From the NCBI GenBank assembly GCA_963703285.1, contig OY969807.1:608001-672000 (forward strand): a stretch of 64,000 bases of DNA. Reading direction: 5' to 3'. Under the pieces are notes generated by a model. It did not search any database. It was given only the letters and a program-made list of their open reading frames with translations, and had not been told where the DNA came from. Shown piece after piece: positions 9,755 to 19,897 of the stretch; the first letter of the stretch is position 1; the number at the start of each line of letters is the position of its first letter. The position numbers and the translations under genes were made by a program. Source of the stretch: an uncultured Nitrososphaerota archaeon (GTDB taxonomy: Archaea > Thermoproteota > Nitrososphaeria > Nitrososphaerales > Gagatemarchaeaceae).

Positions 9755-10621
9755 GTGGCCGTGAGTCTCAGAGCGGCATACGCATACAGGAACTTCGTCT
9801 ACGCAGTCTCGATGGTGGGCGCCGTCATCGTCTCGATCATCGTGGCCGCCCTGATGGCCTCCGGCCGCCTGTCGCTGCCATTCTCTGCCCCGACCATCAT
9901 CATCCTCGTCTTCATCGCGTTCCTCGTCTTTCCGAACTTCATGGAGCTGGCCTACCAGAGATGGAGGAGGCAGATCGACGACGCGATACCGGCGCTGCTG
10001 ACCGACATCTCTGCAGAGGTCAAGACGGGCATCAGCCTGGACCGGGCGCTCGAGATCGCCTCCACCAAGAACTACGGTCCGCTGCAGGGGGAGCTCAAGA
10101 AGCTCCACACGCAGCTCCAGCTCGGTGTTCCCTTCGACGTGGCTGTGGACAACCTGACGAAGAGGGTCAGGACGAGCATGGTCAAGCGAACCTTCGGCAT
10201 GCTCGAGCAGGCGAACAGGGCGGGCGGGAAGATCGAGGAGCTCCTGGACATCATCCAGTCGGACGCCAACGAGCTCTTCCTGCTGGACAAAGAAAGGAGG
10301 TCCGCCCTGAGGCCCTACGTCGTCGTGATCTACATCGCCTACGGAGTCTTCGTCGCAGTCTCCGTGCTTCTGGTGGACAGCTTCTTCAAGCAGGTGCTCG
10401 GCTCGAGTACCGGTACCACGGTGAACTTCGGTAGCGGCAACGGCCTCGCGGGTCTGACCCTGCCCGCCGTCAAGGACCTCTTCCTGCAGATGGCGCTGAT
10501 AGAGGCGATATTCGGCGGGTTCGGCGCGGGCAAGCTAGGTGAGGGCAGCTTCACCGCAGGGTTCAAGCACGTGCTGATAATGGCAGTCGTCACGGTTGCC
10601 GTGTTCCTGGTAATCGTCTAA
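9755..10621 (+). CDS. Second type II secretion F-family (TadC-like) platform protein
   Basis: IDDAIPALL...KTGISL..AL...YGPL..EL; C-terminal GKLGEGSFTAGFKH typical of archaeal TadC. Confidence 0.9.
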   Translation: MAVSLRAAYAYRNFVYAVSMVGAVIVSIIVAALMASGRLSLPFSAPTIIILVFIAFLVFPNFMELAYQRWRRQIDDAIPALLTDISAEVKTGISLDRALEIASTKNYGPLQGELKKLHTQLQLGVPFDVAVDNLTKRVRTSMVKRTFGMLEQANRAGGKIEELLDIIQSDANELFLLDKERRSALRPYVVVIYIAYGVFVAVSVLLVDSFFKQVLGSSTGTTVNFGSGNGLAGLTLPAVKDLFLQMALIEAIFGGFGAGKLGEGSFTAGFKHVLIMAVVTVAVFLVIV

Positions 10622-10629
10622 GTCAGACG

Positions 10630-12882
10630 CTAGGGCGAGACTATTGTCGAGGAGATTGAGAGCCCCTTATTCGTCACCACGGTGACTACGTAGGTCTGAT
10701 CCGTCCTCCACACGAACGCTAGCTGGAAAGACTGACTCTGACCCTGGTTCACGTAGCACGGAGACGGAGCTGGGGTGGCTAACCCTGCAAAATCCTCGCA
10801 GAGGTAATTGCCTGAGACTTGAAGCACTGGGGTAACGTAGTAGCTCGAAACCCCATCAGGCCCAGAGATGTATATGTTCGAGAAGGCGACCGGAAAGGTG
10901 CTGTTGTTGAGTAATGTCAGACTCACGGTATTCTGCTGGTACGTCTGGACGATGGCGGACGAAGACACGGTCAGCGACGTGAAGTCGTAGTTGACGCCGA
11001 GCTTGTTGCCGTCGGAGATGGCGTACACTCGGACGCACAACCCTGGCGCCCCGCAGATCGACCCGCTCGTGTCGATGAAGTTGGACGCTGACGCGGCGGG
11101 AATGGACACGGATATCGTCGCGGAACTTGACAGTTCCAGCTGGCCGATCTCTACCCAGACGGGCGCGGGAGTGCCGCGAGAGACGTCTCCTAGGAACACG
11201 TATGCCGTGACGTTGGCGTTGGCGATCGGATCAAGAGCTAGGTTGGTCGTGAGGGTGATGGACTGGACCTCCGAAGGCTCCGCGGTAACAGGAATCTCGA
11301 GTAGACCGCAGGGCACTGTCGCAGGCGGAGGCGAGGAGTTGACGCAAGCCGACCCGGCCATCGCATTGTCCACGTAGTAGGCGCCCGACACGTCCTGAAG
11401 GGAGAGACCGATATCGTCGAAGTGCATCAGGAGCAATGAGGGATAGTATACGCTAGGCGGACTGGACGCGGGCATGCTCGCAGTCACGGAGATGACGAGT
11501 TCGTAAAGGCACGATGGCTTCCCAGCTACGTCACAGTATGCCGGGTTCCAGGTCCATCCGGGGTATCCTTGCTGGACAGCCAGCGTGTTCGGGTTGAAGT
11601 ACGGCTCGGTGCAAGTGGTTGAGCCGGGTCCGCAGGTGACCCATCCCGAGGAACTGAAGTCGTTCACCTGGGTGGGCACGACCGGCGTCGTGTTGGGTAT
11701 CTGAATCATCTCGTTGACCGTACCGGTGTTAGTCAGCTGGACCAGGTAAGCGTCGATAAGGATGAGCGGGTTGGGAGGCGCGATAACCTGGTCCAGCGAG
11801 TAGCCGAAGTTGACCGCGTCGGGCGACCCTGCCACGGCGAGCGCGTCCGCCTGGCCTGCGTCGATCGTGAACGCGGCGGTGTAATTCATGATCGCGGTGA
11901 GCTGCTGCCCGCCCGTCAGGGTCGTGCCGTTGTATGTCGGCTGGAAGTCCAGGTAAACACTGCCCGGACCGCTCTCCGAACCGACGCCGGCCGAGATCGG
12001 GTCATAGCCGCCAACCGCTCCTCCTGGAATCACGCCTTGCGGCTCCGCACAGATGTTCCACGTAGCCGGCGAGGGACACAGGTTGGGGACCGACACTCCT
12101 CCGGGGCCGCCGGTGACGACCTGAGTCGTTACGGTCGCCGACCCTTCGTCGTTAATTTGCACGCCGTGGAAGACCGTCTCCCATGTCAGCGTTGCCGTCT
12201 GGAAGTAAGACCCGGGCACGCCCGGTGCAAGCGCAGTCCAGTTGAAGAGGAGCGGTCCGCTGGCAGACGGGATTCCCCCTCCGGCGACCGCTGTCCAAGT
12301 GATCGTGTTGCCAGCGACCGTAGGCGCGTTCCATCCGGCCGGCTGAGCCCCCTGTGGAAGCCCCACGAGGCTGAAGCGGGAATCGACCTGCAGCGTGACC
12401 TTGGTGATGCAGGATGTCTGGGCTGCGCAGGTGCCCGAGGCATCAGCGTTGCTCACCCCCAGAGAAAAGACTGTTTCCCCCGGTATGATGTTGAGGAATG
12501 TGTTCGTCACGTACCCGTCGTCCCTCACAATCTTGTAGTTGCGCGAGAAGACCCATCCGCTCATGCTGTTGCTGAAGTTCATGTTAGCTATTGGGAGCAG
12601 AGAGCGAGTCGACGCACCGTCGTTCTGAACTGCGGCCAGAGTCTCGGAACCGGGAACGGAATTTGAAGAGGCCAGCCCGCCAAAATCGATTGCAGACAGG
12701 TCGACGCTCGTCACCCTGTTCTGAGCGTCCTGCTGGTCGACCTGCTTGAACAGGAGCGAGTAGTTGCCGAACGACTGGAAGACGAGTACGGTCGCTGAGA
12801 AGACGAGGAACACTACCAGTACGAAGAATATCGCTCCGATGACGCTGCTGACTCCGGAGCGCCTACGCCTTTTCGTAAGCAA
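10630..12882 (-). CDS. Large pilin-like adhesin with class III signal peptide
   Basis: KRRRRSG|VSSVIGAIFFVLVVF; C-terminal pilin strand YVVTVVTNKG; ~600-aa Cys-containing insert. Confidence 0.85.
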   Translation of the reverse strand: MLTKRRRRSGVSSVIGAIFFVLVVFLVFSATVLVFQSFGNYSLLFKQVDQQDAQNRVTSVDLSAIDFGGLASSNSVPGSETLAAVQNDGASTRSLLPIANMNFSNSMSGWVFSRNYKIVRDDGYVTNTFLNIIPGETVFSLGVSNADASGTCAAQTSCITKVTLQVDSRFSLVGLPQGAQPAGWNAPTVAGNTITWTAVAGGGIPSASGPLLFNWTALAPGVPGSYFQTATLTWETVFHGVQINDEGSATVTTQVVTGGPGGVSVPNLCPSPATWNICAEPQGVIPGGAVGGYDPISAGVGSESGPGSVYLDFQPTYNGTTLTGGQQLTAIMNYTAAFTIDAGQADALAVAGSPDAVNFGYSLDQVIAPPNPLILIDAYLVQLTNTGTVNEMIQIPNTTPVVPTQVNDFSSSGWVTCGPGSTTCTEPYFNPNTLAVQQGYPGWTWNPAYCDVAGKPSCLYELVISVTASMPASSPPSVYYPSLLLMHFDDIGLSLQDVSGAYYVDNAMAGSACVNSSPPPATVPCGLLEIPVTAEPSEVQSITLTTNLALDPIANANVTAYVFLGDVSRGTPAPVWVEIGQLELSSSATISVSIPAASASNFIDTSGSICGAPGLCVRVYAISDGNKLGVNYDFTSLTVSSSAIVQTYQQNTVSLTLLNNSTFPVAFSNIYISGPDGVSSYYVTPVLQVSGNYLCEDFAGLATPAPSPCYVNQGQSQSFQLAFVWRTDQTYVVTVVTNKGLSISSTIVSP

Positions 12883-13447
12883 CTATCTGGTTACCTCTGG
12901 CGGTTATCAGCGTGAACGCGTATGTGGTACCCGCACTAACGGGGCCGTTGGTTTCGAATCTCAGCATGACCGTTTGTCCCGGTGGAATTGAGAGAATGCA
13001 TGTGCCGGAGCAAAGTGATTGGGGGTTGCCTCCGCCTACGTCTGGCAACAGGATGTCATAGTGACCACCGACCGTGTCAAATGCGAGGAATTCGATGTTC
13101 GCGCCGCCAAAAGGCGCGCCCGAGTTGACATTCGTTACGAAAACATCATTGATCGTCGCAGTATTCGAACCCGAGTTGCCGATGAATATGTCGCCTGCGC
13201 ATTCCAATGGAATGCCACAGCTGTCAGCAATACCGGTATCGTTGTGCAGGAAGTAGACCTGTTCGACGACGACATTCTCGGTCAGCTGGCTCCCCGCATT
13301 CTGGACAAGATTTGAGAATCCAGCCCCAAATCCTCCGAACGCTGTCGATGCGAAGCTATAGACCAGTGTGCCTATGGCCACGGTTATGACAATCAAGAGG
13401 AGTTCCGCGATGACGGGGCTGACCGCGCGCCTCTTCGTGAAACGCAA
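12863..13447 (-). CDS. Archaeal type IV pilin
   Basis: KRRA|VSPVIAELLLIVITVAIG; C-terminal YAFTLITARGN. Confidence 0.92.
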   Translation of the reverse strand: MRFTKRRAVSPVIAELLLIVITVAIGTLVYSFASTAFGGFGAGFSNLVQNAGSQLTENVVVEQVYFLHNDTGIADSCGIPLECAGDIFIGNSGSNTATINDVFVTNVNSGAPFGGANIEFLAFDTVGGHYDILLPDVGGGNPQSLCSGTCILSIPPGQTVMLRFETNGPVSAGTTYAFTLITARGNQIVAYEKA

Positions 13448-13456
13448 GACGATGCA

Positions 13457-16117
13457 CTACCTCAGGTTCCGGGATAAAGCGTTTCCTCCAAAACGAGTCG
13501 CCCCGGGGCAAAACAGGCTCTGTGTCGGCGAGTCAGGAGGGTTTTCCCCGGCGGGTGGTCCAGCCTCCTCCGCGCCCGGCTCACCAGGCTCTCCTCCGCC
13601 AGGAATCTCCTCCAATTCATCATACGGCTCCGTCTCCTCGGGTTGGGGTCCTGCCGAGGACTTCTTCTGCCTCCATTTCCGGAAGAAGAAGAAGTAGAAG
13701 ACCACGGCGACCACGATGACTATCGCAATTATAATGTAGACGAGATAGGGCTGTATGTCCTGATAGAAGGACTTGGTGGGCGGGACAGGGACGGGTTGCA
13801 CCACTATCGTGGTGGTCAGGTTCCTGCTTCCGGTGAACGGGCTCGTCACGAGAGCCCTGATGTCCGCGACCAGCGGGGCCTTGCCCGTAAAGCCAGAGGG
13901 ATCGAACGTCACGGTCGCGGTGCCAGCCGAGTTAGTCGTCGAGTTGGTTGCGGTGAGGGTACCGAAACTGGTGAACCATTGCACCTGCGCGCCGGGGACT
14001 CCAGCACCGAAGGCCTGGACCGACGCGATGATTGTGGACGTCTCGTTGGCAAAGATGAGGCTCGAAGTGGCTGCGATGTTCTCCGTTGCGGGGCTGCTGA
14101 CGGCGCGGAGAGTGAGGCTTGAAGAGCCCAGTCCTGGCGAGGACGCCGTGAGGCTCGTCAGTCCGGTCATGTTGGTCGTGAGATAGGTCGTGGCATAATC
14201 CGCACCTAGAGCAATCTTCAGGACGATAGGTTTGCTCAAGATTGTGCTGTTAGACGAGGTCACCGTCACGGTGGTAGCCTCCTGCGCTCGTGCCGGGAGG
14301 CCATTGATATCCTGCAGTTGTACCGTCAGGATAGCATCCGGGGCTATGGCCGAACCGACAGTGTCGTTCGGCCCCACATACAGGGCAAGTTTGTCAGGCG
14401 CAGGGACGACGGTAGTGAGCAGGTGCGAAGACGCGCTATACCCTGAGGCTGACGCGGTGATGTTGGAAGAACCAGGTGAAAGGCCCGTCGTCACGCTCGC
14501 AAAGGCGTATGTCTGTCCCGCCGGTATTATGATGGGAGAAGCGACCGACAAGATGTTCGAACGAGAAGAGGCGAGCTGCACGACTATGTTACTCGGGGCT
14601 ACGGCTGGATCGCCGAAGGAATCCTGCAGGCTCACGGCAAGCGCCTGATAGGTGCCACCGTTTGCCGGGATTGTGCTGGCCACCGGCGTCACTACAACGG
14701 ATACGGGTATTGGACCGAATGCAGACTCTTGAGCTTGAGCGGATTCCAGCCCCTGGGCTGATGCCGTGATTGTGGTACTTCCGACCAGGTAAGTCGACGT
14801 GATGTTGGCGATCGCGTATTCCTTCCCCTGGGGAATCGTGACCTGTGTCGTGACCGTTCCGACGGCCGTGTCAGACGACGTTATGGTGACGACCGTGTTG
14901 CTCGAGACGACGTCGGGTCTGTTCGCATTTCTTAGAGTTGAGTCAACCACTCCGACTAGGATTGCAGAGTACTCTCCGTTATCAGCCAGTACAGGGTTCG
15001 GAGCAGTGAAGATTGCGAGTCCCGCTGGCTTGTCGTCAGCGCCGAAGGCCGTTATTGCGTCGAACGCGGAAAGCAGTCCTTGAGCCGACGCGCTGACTGT
15101 CGCGGTACCGTTGAACTTTGCAGTCGTAAAGGCAGCGACCGCGCTTATCTCCCCGGTCGGGATCGTCACGGTAGTCTGTGTCACCGAAAACACTGTGAGA
15201 TTGGACGAGGTCAGAGTCACAGTGATTGGCGACGGCGCCCTCGCTGGGTTGCCGGCGGGGTCGGTCAGCCAGACCACCAGCCTCCCCGTGCTGTTCAGGA
15301 CCACGTTGTTCGGTTCCGCGCTTACTTTGAGCGAATATGGCGGGGAGCCAACGACGCCGAGCGAGGTAGTTCCCGCACTGAAGCCAGTCGACGTTGCAGT
15401 GATGAATGCTTGACCGATGGCGTAGCCCGAGGTGTAGTTCACGACGGCAAGGTCGCTTCCCGTCGGCACTATCACCCACTTCTGGTCGAGCGCTGCTATT
15501 CCAACGTTGGAAGATGAAAGAGAAACGTTGGTGTTGTAATCCGCCTTGGCGGGTAATCCCGTCTGGTCCTGGAGTTGTATCACGAGGGAGCCGAACCCGC
15601 CAGGTCGGGCGAAGACATCGGCCGGCTGGGGCGTTATCTTGATTTGAGTCGCGTACCCGCTGGGAATGTCGGTTGCGACTACGACCTCGAAGGACCTCAT
15701 GCCGCTCGCCGACGCAGTCACTGTCGTCGTGCCCGCGGTCGGGGTCGTGATGACGTTGGCAACGACGTAACCTTCGCCCTGGGGGATAGTAACGGAGGCC
15801 GGCACCGTTGCGACGTTCTGCTGTGACGAAGATAGATAGACGGTCGTGGCGTTAAGCGCAAGGGTTGGGTCTCCCGCCTTGTCAATCAAGGCCACCACCA
15901 GGGCCGGGTAGGTGTTCCCGTCCGCCGGAAGCCTAGTCGGAATCACGGTGAGTGACAACCCGGTGGCCACCGTCGGGGTCGCTCCCGGCTGTGCCAAGGC
16001 TGGTGTGACTATTGCAGGTAATCCTCCTAAGAGCAACAAAAATAGTAGGGCTACGGAGAAGGTTGCTCTACCCCAGCGCTTCAATAGTGGACCCCCTTGG
16101 CGCAGGGCATATATCAA
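13457..16117 (-). CDS. Ig-like repeat cell-surface protein with C-terminal TM anchor
   Basis: Signal peptide; about six ~100-aa repeats of the type VxLxDxxGxPxxA...VxLxSS...VxIPxG; TM followed by RKWRQKK and an acidic Pro-rich tail. Confidence 0.85.
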   Translation of the reverse strand: MIYALRQGGPLLKRWGRATFSVALLFLLLLGGLPAIVTPALAQPGATPTVATGLSLTVIPTRLPADGNTYPALVVALIDKAGDPTLALNATTVYLSSSQQNVATVPASVTIPQGEGYVVANVITTPTAGTTTVTASASGMRSFEVVVATDIPSGYATQIKITPQPADVFARPGGFGSLVIQLQDQTGLPAKADYNTNVSLSSSNVGIAALDQKWVIVPTGSDLAVVNYTSGYAIGQAFITATSTGFSAGTTSLGVVGSPPYSLKVSAEPNNVVLNSTGRLVVWLTDPAGNPARAPSPITVTLTSSNLTVFSVTQTTVTIPTGEISAVAAFTTAKFNGTATVSASAQGLLSAFDAITAFGADDKPAGLAIFTAPNPVLADNGEYSAILVGVVDSTLRNANRPDVVSSNTVVTITSSDTAVGTVTTQVTIPQGKEYAIANITSTYLVGSTTITASAQGLESAQAQESAFGPIPVSVVVTPVASTIPANGGTYQALAVSLQDSFGDPAVAPSNIVVQLASSRSNILSVASPIIIPAGQTYAFASVTTGLSPGSSNITASASGYSASSHLLTTVVPAPDKLALYVGPNDTVGSAIAPDAILTVQLQDINGLPARAQEATTVTVTSSNSTILSKPIVLKIALGADYATTYLTTNMTGLTSLTASSPGLGSSSLTLRAVSSPATENIAATSSLIFANETSTIIASVQAFGAGVPGAQVQWFTSFGTLTATNSTTNSAGTATVTFDPSGFTGKAPLVADIRALVTSPFTGSRNLTTTIVVQPVPVPPTKSFYQDIQPYLVYIIIAIVIVVAVVFYFFFFRKWRQKKSSAGPQPEETEPYDELEEIPGGGEPGEPGAEEAGPPAGENPPDSPTQSLFCPGATRFGGNALSRNLR

Positions 16118-16141
16118 TTATGTGCCTGTGCCCCCCAATAT

Positions 16142-16654
16142 TCAGGAAGTCGAGGGGATGCCTACGCTCAGAATCTGAGTCGACCCTCCCTCGAACGTCA
16201 CGGTGATGATTAGCTGGTAAGTCGTCCCCGCCGTGAACGTGGTAGCGGCGCCGACATCCACGCTCCCACTCGCGAACGCGTCAATCGGCAGCAGATTACC
16301 GGGCGCAACTAGCATGCCCCCATAGTCCAAGGGGAAGCCGTTGCAGGTTGCTGCCGCGAAAGGCGGATCCGCACATGACACTACGATGTTCTTTATTGGT
16401 TGAACCCCTTCATTCCTGAGGTTGAGCGTTAGCACCCCGGTCTGGCTCGTGGATCCCGGGACGGTCATCTCGCCCGTAGCGGTGACGAGAGCCGTAGGAC
16501 CTCCTCCGGTCGTAAGGTTCGAAAAGAGACCGGTGGCAAACGCGTACAGTAGGATTGCTGCAGCTACGGCAATAAGTATCAGGAGAAGGGTCGCAACCAA
16601 TTCTGAGACCGCTCGCCTATCACCCGACCGACTATGACTTGTGGATAGACGCAC
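16142..16654 (-). CDS. Archaeal type IV pilin
   Basis: DRRA|VSELVATLLLILIAVAAA. Confidence 0.9.
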   Translation of the reverse strand: MRLSTSHSRSGDRRAVSELVATLLLILIAVAAAILLYAFATGLFSNLTTGGGPTALVTATGEMTVPGSTSQTGVLTLNLRNEGVQPIKNIVVSCADPPFAAATCNGFPLDYGGMLVAPGNLLPIDAFASGSVDVGAATTFTAGTTYQLIITVTFEGGSTQILSVGIPSTS

Positions 16655-16705
16655 GCCTACCTCGCCCCAAATGTCGTATAATGATCGCCGTGTGCTGCCA
16701 CAGCA

Positions 16706-17206
16706 TTAACCTGCCTGGGCCGGGAGCTGCAGGGTCTGGGTTTGAGAGCTTCCGTCAGAGAAAGTGGCGGTCACACTCAGGTTGTATATGTTGGCGTAGG
16801 TAAAGTACGTCCCTGGCGCGGCATCAACTGTGATGGAGCCGCTCCCTGTGTCGCCCTCTGGCAGCGGAGCTTGCGCGGAGATGGGTACGCCGTTTCCTTC
16901 CAGTACCAGTCCCCCGCACGTGCTAGAAGCGAATTCGCTGGCGGGGCAGGCTAGGGTGATGCCAGTGATTGCCGAACTGCCCGTGTCCCTTACCTGAACA
17001 ACCAAAGTGGCAGCATTCCCCAGACTACTGGTAAGAGCGAGTACGCCAGAGGTCGTCATCGTGCCGCCCGTCGGAGGACCGAGCTTAAGGTAACCGGTGA
17101 AGTAGACGAAGATCACGATTACCGCGACTATCGTAATGACAAAGATAACCAGCAATGTGAGAGTCCTCCCCAGGGGAGTCCCTTCTGTTGCCATAATCGC
17201 CGTCAA
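16706..17206 (-). CDS. Pilin paralogue with degenerate class III signal
   Basis: N-terminal TM. Globular part resembles the neighbouring pilins (YNLSVTATFSDGSSQT), but there is no basic KR-G/A cleavage motif. Confidence 0.75.
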   Translation of the reverse strand: MTAIMATEGTPLGRTLTLLVIFVITIVAVIVIFVYFTGYLKLGPPTGGTMTTSGVLALTSSLGNAATLVVQVRDTGSSAITGITLACPASEFASSTCGGLVLEGNGVPISAQAPLPEGDTGSGSITVDAAPGTYFTYANIYNLSVTATFSDGSSQTQTLQLPAQAG

Positions 17207-17232
17207 CCACGGACTCCTCGTTAGTTTATAAG

Positions 17233-17493
17233 ATGATTGTGCCCTGCGACTCGCACATGCCGGAAGCGCCTACCATAGACGTGACAAAGGTCTCGGGCAA
17301 GGGCCAAGTCGTCATCCCGAAGGAGATACGCGACAGACTAAAGCTTGTCCCGGGTACGAAACTCATTGTGGTGGCGACCGAGGACGCGGTCGTGCTCCAA
17401 AGGATCGAGACCGTTGCCGGCAAGATGAAGATGCGCGACATCATGGAGATTGCCAAGTCGATTACCGAGCGCTTCAAGCTAGGGAAAGGCTAA
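17233..17493 (+). CDS. AbrB/MazE/SpoVT family DNA-binding protein
   Basis: KVSGKGQVVIPKEIRDRLKL motif. Confidence 0.9.
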   Translation: MIVPCDSHMPEAPTIDVTKVSGKGQVVIPKEIRDRLKLVPGTKLIVVATEDAVVLQRIETVAGKMKMRDIMEIAKSITERFKLGKG

Positions 17494-17620
17494 TCTCTAC
17501 CCCCTCGGTACTCAAGAAACGCACAGTGCCGAGTCCCACGCTACTCCATACCCTGCATATCTTGAGAGAGTAAACCCTCGCAGCATTCTAATGCTTCAGT
17601 TTCGACGCTGGGAGTTCACT

Positions 17621-17658
17621 AATAAAAGGGAAAAGAGCGAGGAAGATCGTCCTCGCTC
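17621..17658 (-). terminator. Hairpin plus T-tract terminator after the major pilin
   Basis: Minus strand GAGCGAGGA-CGATCT-TCCTCGCTC then TTTTCCCTTTTATT, just after the stop. Confidence 0.75.
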
Positions 17659-17666
17659 GGATGGGC

Positions 17667-18287
17667 TTAGATGATTCCCGTTACCGTGATTGACTGAGTG
17701 TGCGTGGAACCGTTGGCGAAGTCGACTGTTACTGAAAGGGTGTATGATGTCCCGGTTGTCAGGGGCGTGCCGGCTACTGATGTTGTGACGGCGTCGACTG
17801 CGCTGGTTTCAGCGCTGACGGCGAGTGGGGTGGCCGTGATGAGTAGAGTTGTACCGCTGGTGGTGCAGAATGGTACGGAAGTTGCTGCTAAACCAGTTTG
17901 GGTTTCACCACACATGGCCGCTGTCTCGGCGACCCCAGCAGGGGTATAACACGAGATGTCACTTGGGAGTTCACCCATGCAGACTGCCCCAGAGGTCCCC
18001 GAATCCTCCATGCCGGTGTAGGCGACTTGTATTCCGGTGATTGGACTGGCTGCATTGTTCGTGACTGAGACGATTAGTGTTCCGGCTCCGCTACCTGACG
18101 GGATTGTGAGGCTGCCTATAGCTGTAATGAGGTTAGAGCTTGCCCCGCCAGAGAGGCCTCCGATCAACCCCGTGACGAAGGCGTAGACGATGATTGCTGC
18201 TGCCACTGCGATGGCGATGAGGAGGAGTGTTGCGATGACTGGAGATACTGCTGATCTTTTCTTCTTTGGTTTCAGAAGGAACTTCAT
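17667..18287 (-). CDS. Probable major type IV pilin
   Basis: MKFLLKPKKKRSA|VSPVIATLLLIAIAVAAA. Has its own TATA (TTAAATAA ~18326-18333) and terminator, as expected for a highly expressed monocistronic pilin. Confidence 0.92.
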   Translation of the reverse strand: MKFLLKPKKKRSAVSPVIATLLLIAIAVAAAIIVYAFVTGLIGGLSGGASSNLITAIGSLTIPSGSGAGTLIVSVTNNAASPITGIQVAYTGMEDSGTSGAVCMGELPSDISCYTPAGVAETAAMCGETQTGLAATSVPFCTTSGTTLLITATPLAVSAETSAVDAVTTSVAGTPLTTGTSYTLSVTVDFANGSTHTQSITVTGII

Positions 18288-18484
18288 TTTTAGGAGTTCA
18301 CTTGACAGTAGCCTTCTTATGGGCATTATTTAAGGAGTATGTTACTGGAACAATTTTACGTAACTAAATGCTGTATTTTTAGATAATCCATGGATTAAAT
18401 AAAGGACAAATATTTGATAAATTCTAATTAAATTAAATTTGCAGGGGAATTAATTGAATTAAATGAGGGAATTAATTTCCTGTG

Positions 18485-19462
18485 TTATGGCTGCGGAGGA
18501 GCGTCAGAGGTTGCCTCGGCTACCTTCTTAGCCGACTTGGATCCCTTGGGTCTACCCCTCCCCCTCTTGGGCTTGAACGGCAAACCGGTAACCGGATCTA
18601 TCTGAGGGGCTCCCGTCTCCTGGGGGGCAGACTCAGTCATGCTTCCGGAGCCCGATGAAGCCTGGGAATAGGGTTCGTTGGAGGAAGGTGATACCGCAGT
18701 GGCTGCTTCGGGGCCCTGGACGGCTGGTTCGGGCAAGACTTCGACGCCCTGGAGCCTTGGAGGAGCGCCTCCCTCCCAGACCACTTGGCCCGGCCTAGTA
18801 TCCTGAGGGCTCGGACCTGCCGGAGTCGGGGAGGTCCCCGCCTCGCCCTTCGATGCTGCTTCTTGCGGGGCCATGGATTGCGTCTGGACGTCGGCGGAGC
18901 CTTCTGCACGAACGGGAGTTTGTGCCCCCTCTGAAACCTGTCCCGCGCTCGAAGCCGCTTGTGGCTCCTGCAGTGGCGCAGCTGGAGGACCCCAGACGGG
19001 CGCCAGCTTCTTGTCTTCGGCGCTGGGCACAACCTCCTTAGGTTTCGCCGGAGAAACAAGGCCCATCGGTGCGACCTCGGTGTGCCTTATCCCGGGGTGA
19101 GAGTCAGTCGCGGAGGCCTTGGCTTGGCTGGGATGAATATCTACCCGGTGCTGCTCTTGGGCCGCCTGAGCTGAAAGAGGCCCCCTGCCGTAGGTCACGT
19201 CCGCCGCGCTCTCCATCTCCAGGAGCTCCTGCCTCCTTATCCCGTCGAGCCCCTTTGCGACCAGACCGTATCCAAGAGCCGCCATCACTCCCAGGAAGAC
19301 CGCCTCGAGCGTCGCGTCTTCGAGCAGAAGGTTGGTGTTCGTCACAGTGCCTACCTCCTTCTGAAGGGTGCTCACTATGAGGTACGCCTCATAGAATGCC
19401 ACGACGAGCAGCACCAAGCCTATCAGCGCGGCGCCGGTGCCAAAGACGAGTAACCTACGCAA
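18485..19462 (-). CDS. 2-TM membrane protein with disordered tail and C-terminal AT-hook
   Basis: Two hydrophobic helices, ~220 aa low-complexity P/A/S/E region, then KPKRGRGRPKGSK. Confidence 0.8.
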   Translation of the reverse strand: MRRLLVFGTGAALIGLVLLVVAFYEAYLIVSTLQKEVGTVTNTNLLLEDATLEAVFLGVMAALGYGLVAKGLDGIRRQELLEMESAADVTYGRGPLSAQAAQEQHRVDIHPSQAKASATDSHPGIRHTEVAPMGLVSPAKPKEVVPSAEDKKLAPVWGPPAAPLQEPQAASSAGQVSEGAQTPVRAEGSADVQTQSMAPQEAASKGEAGTSPTPAGPSPQDTRPGQVVWEGGAPPRLQGVEVLPEPAVQGPEAATAVSPSSNEPYSQASSGSGSMTESAPQETGAPQIDPVTGLPFKPKRGRGRPKGSKSAKKVAEATSDAPPQP

Positions 19463-19570
19463 CTTGCGTTTTCGCCAGAATCTCAGAGCGCTTATTGGCC
19501 GCTATATTAAATCTGCTCCTATTCTGGTCCCCGAAAATCAGGTGGGGGCACATCGCAACGGTTCTCGTCT

Positions 19571-19804
19571 TCAGCTCTTCCTTCGTACCACTAGGTAGGC
19601 GGCGAGGATAATCAGGGCGAGAAAGGCACCCTCGACGCTGTAGTAGATGAGGGCGCTTGCGCTTCCGAAGAAGCTGCTCGCCGTGCTGATCTCCGCCGAA
19701 AGCTGCATAAGGAGGTACGCGAAAGCCACGCTGAAGACAAGAACAATCGATACGAGTGTGCCTGAGATTATCCTTGTCATGTCCGACGCGCGGATTCGGA
19801 ACAT
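19571..19804 (-). CDS. Small 2-TM membrane protein
   Basis: Two TM segments; VEGAFLALIILAAYLVV resembles both neighbours. Confidence 0.7.
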   Translation of the reverse strand: MFRIRASDMTRIISGTLVSIVLVFSVAFAYLLMQLSAEISTASSFFGSASALIYYSVEGAFLALIILAAYLVVRRKS

Positions 19805-19897
19805 TGCTCCGAGCTATCTTCTAGGGCCTAGTTATAGTTTTGGATATTACATAAACTGAGTCCAATATGGTGGTGTATTGTCCGATATGCCACTGCT

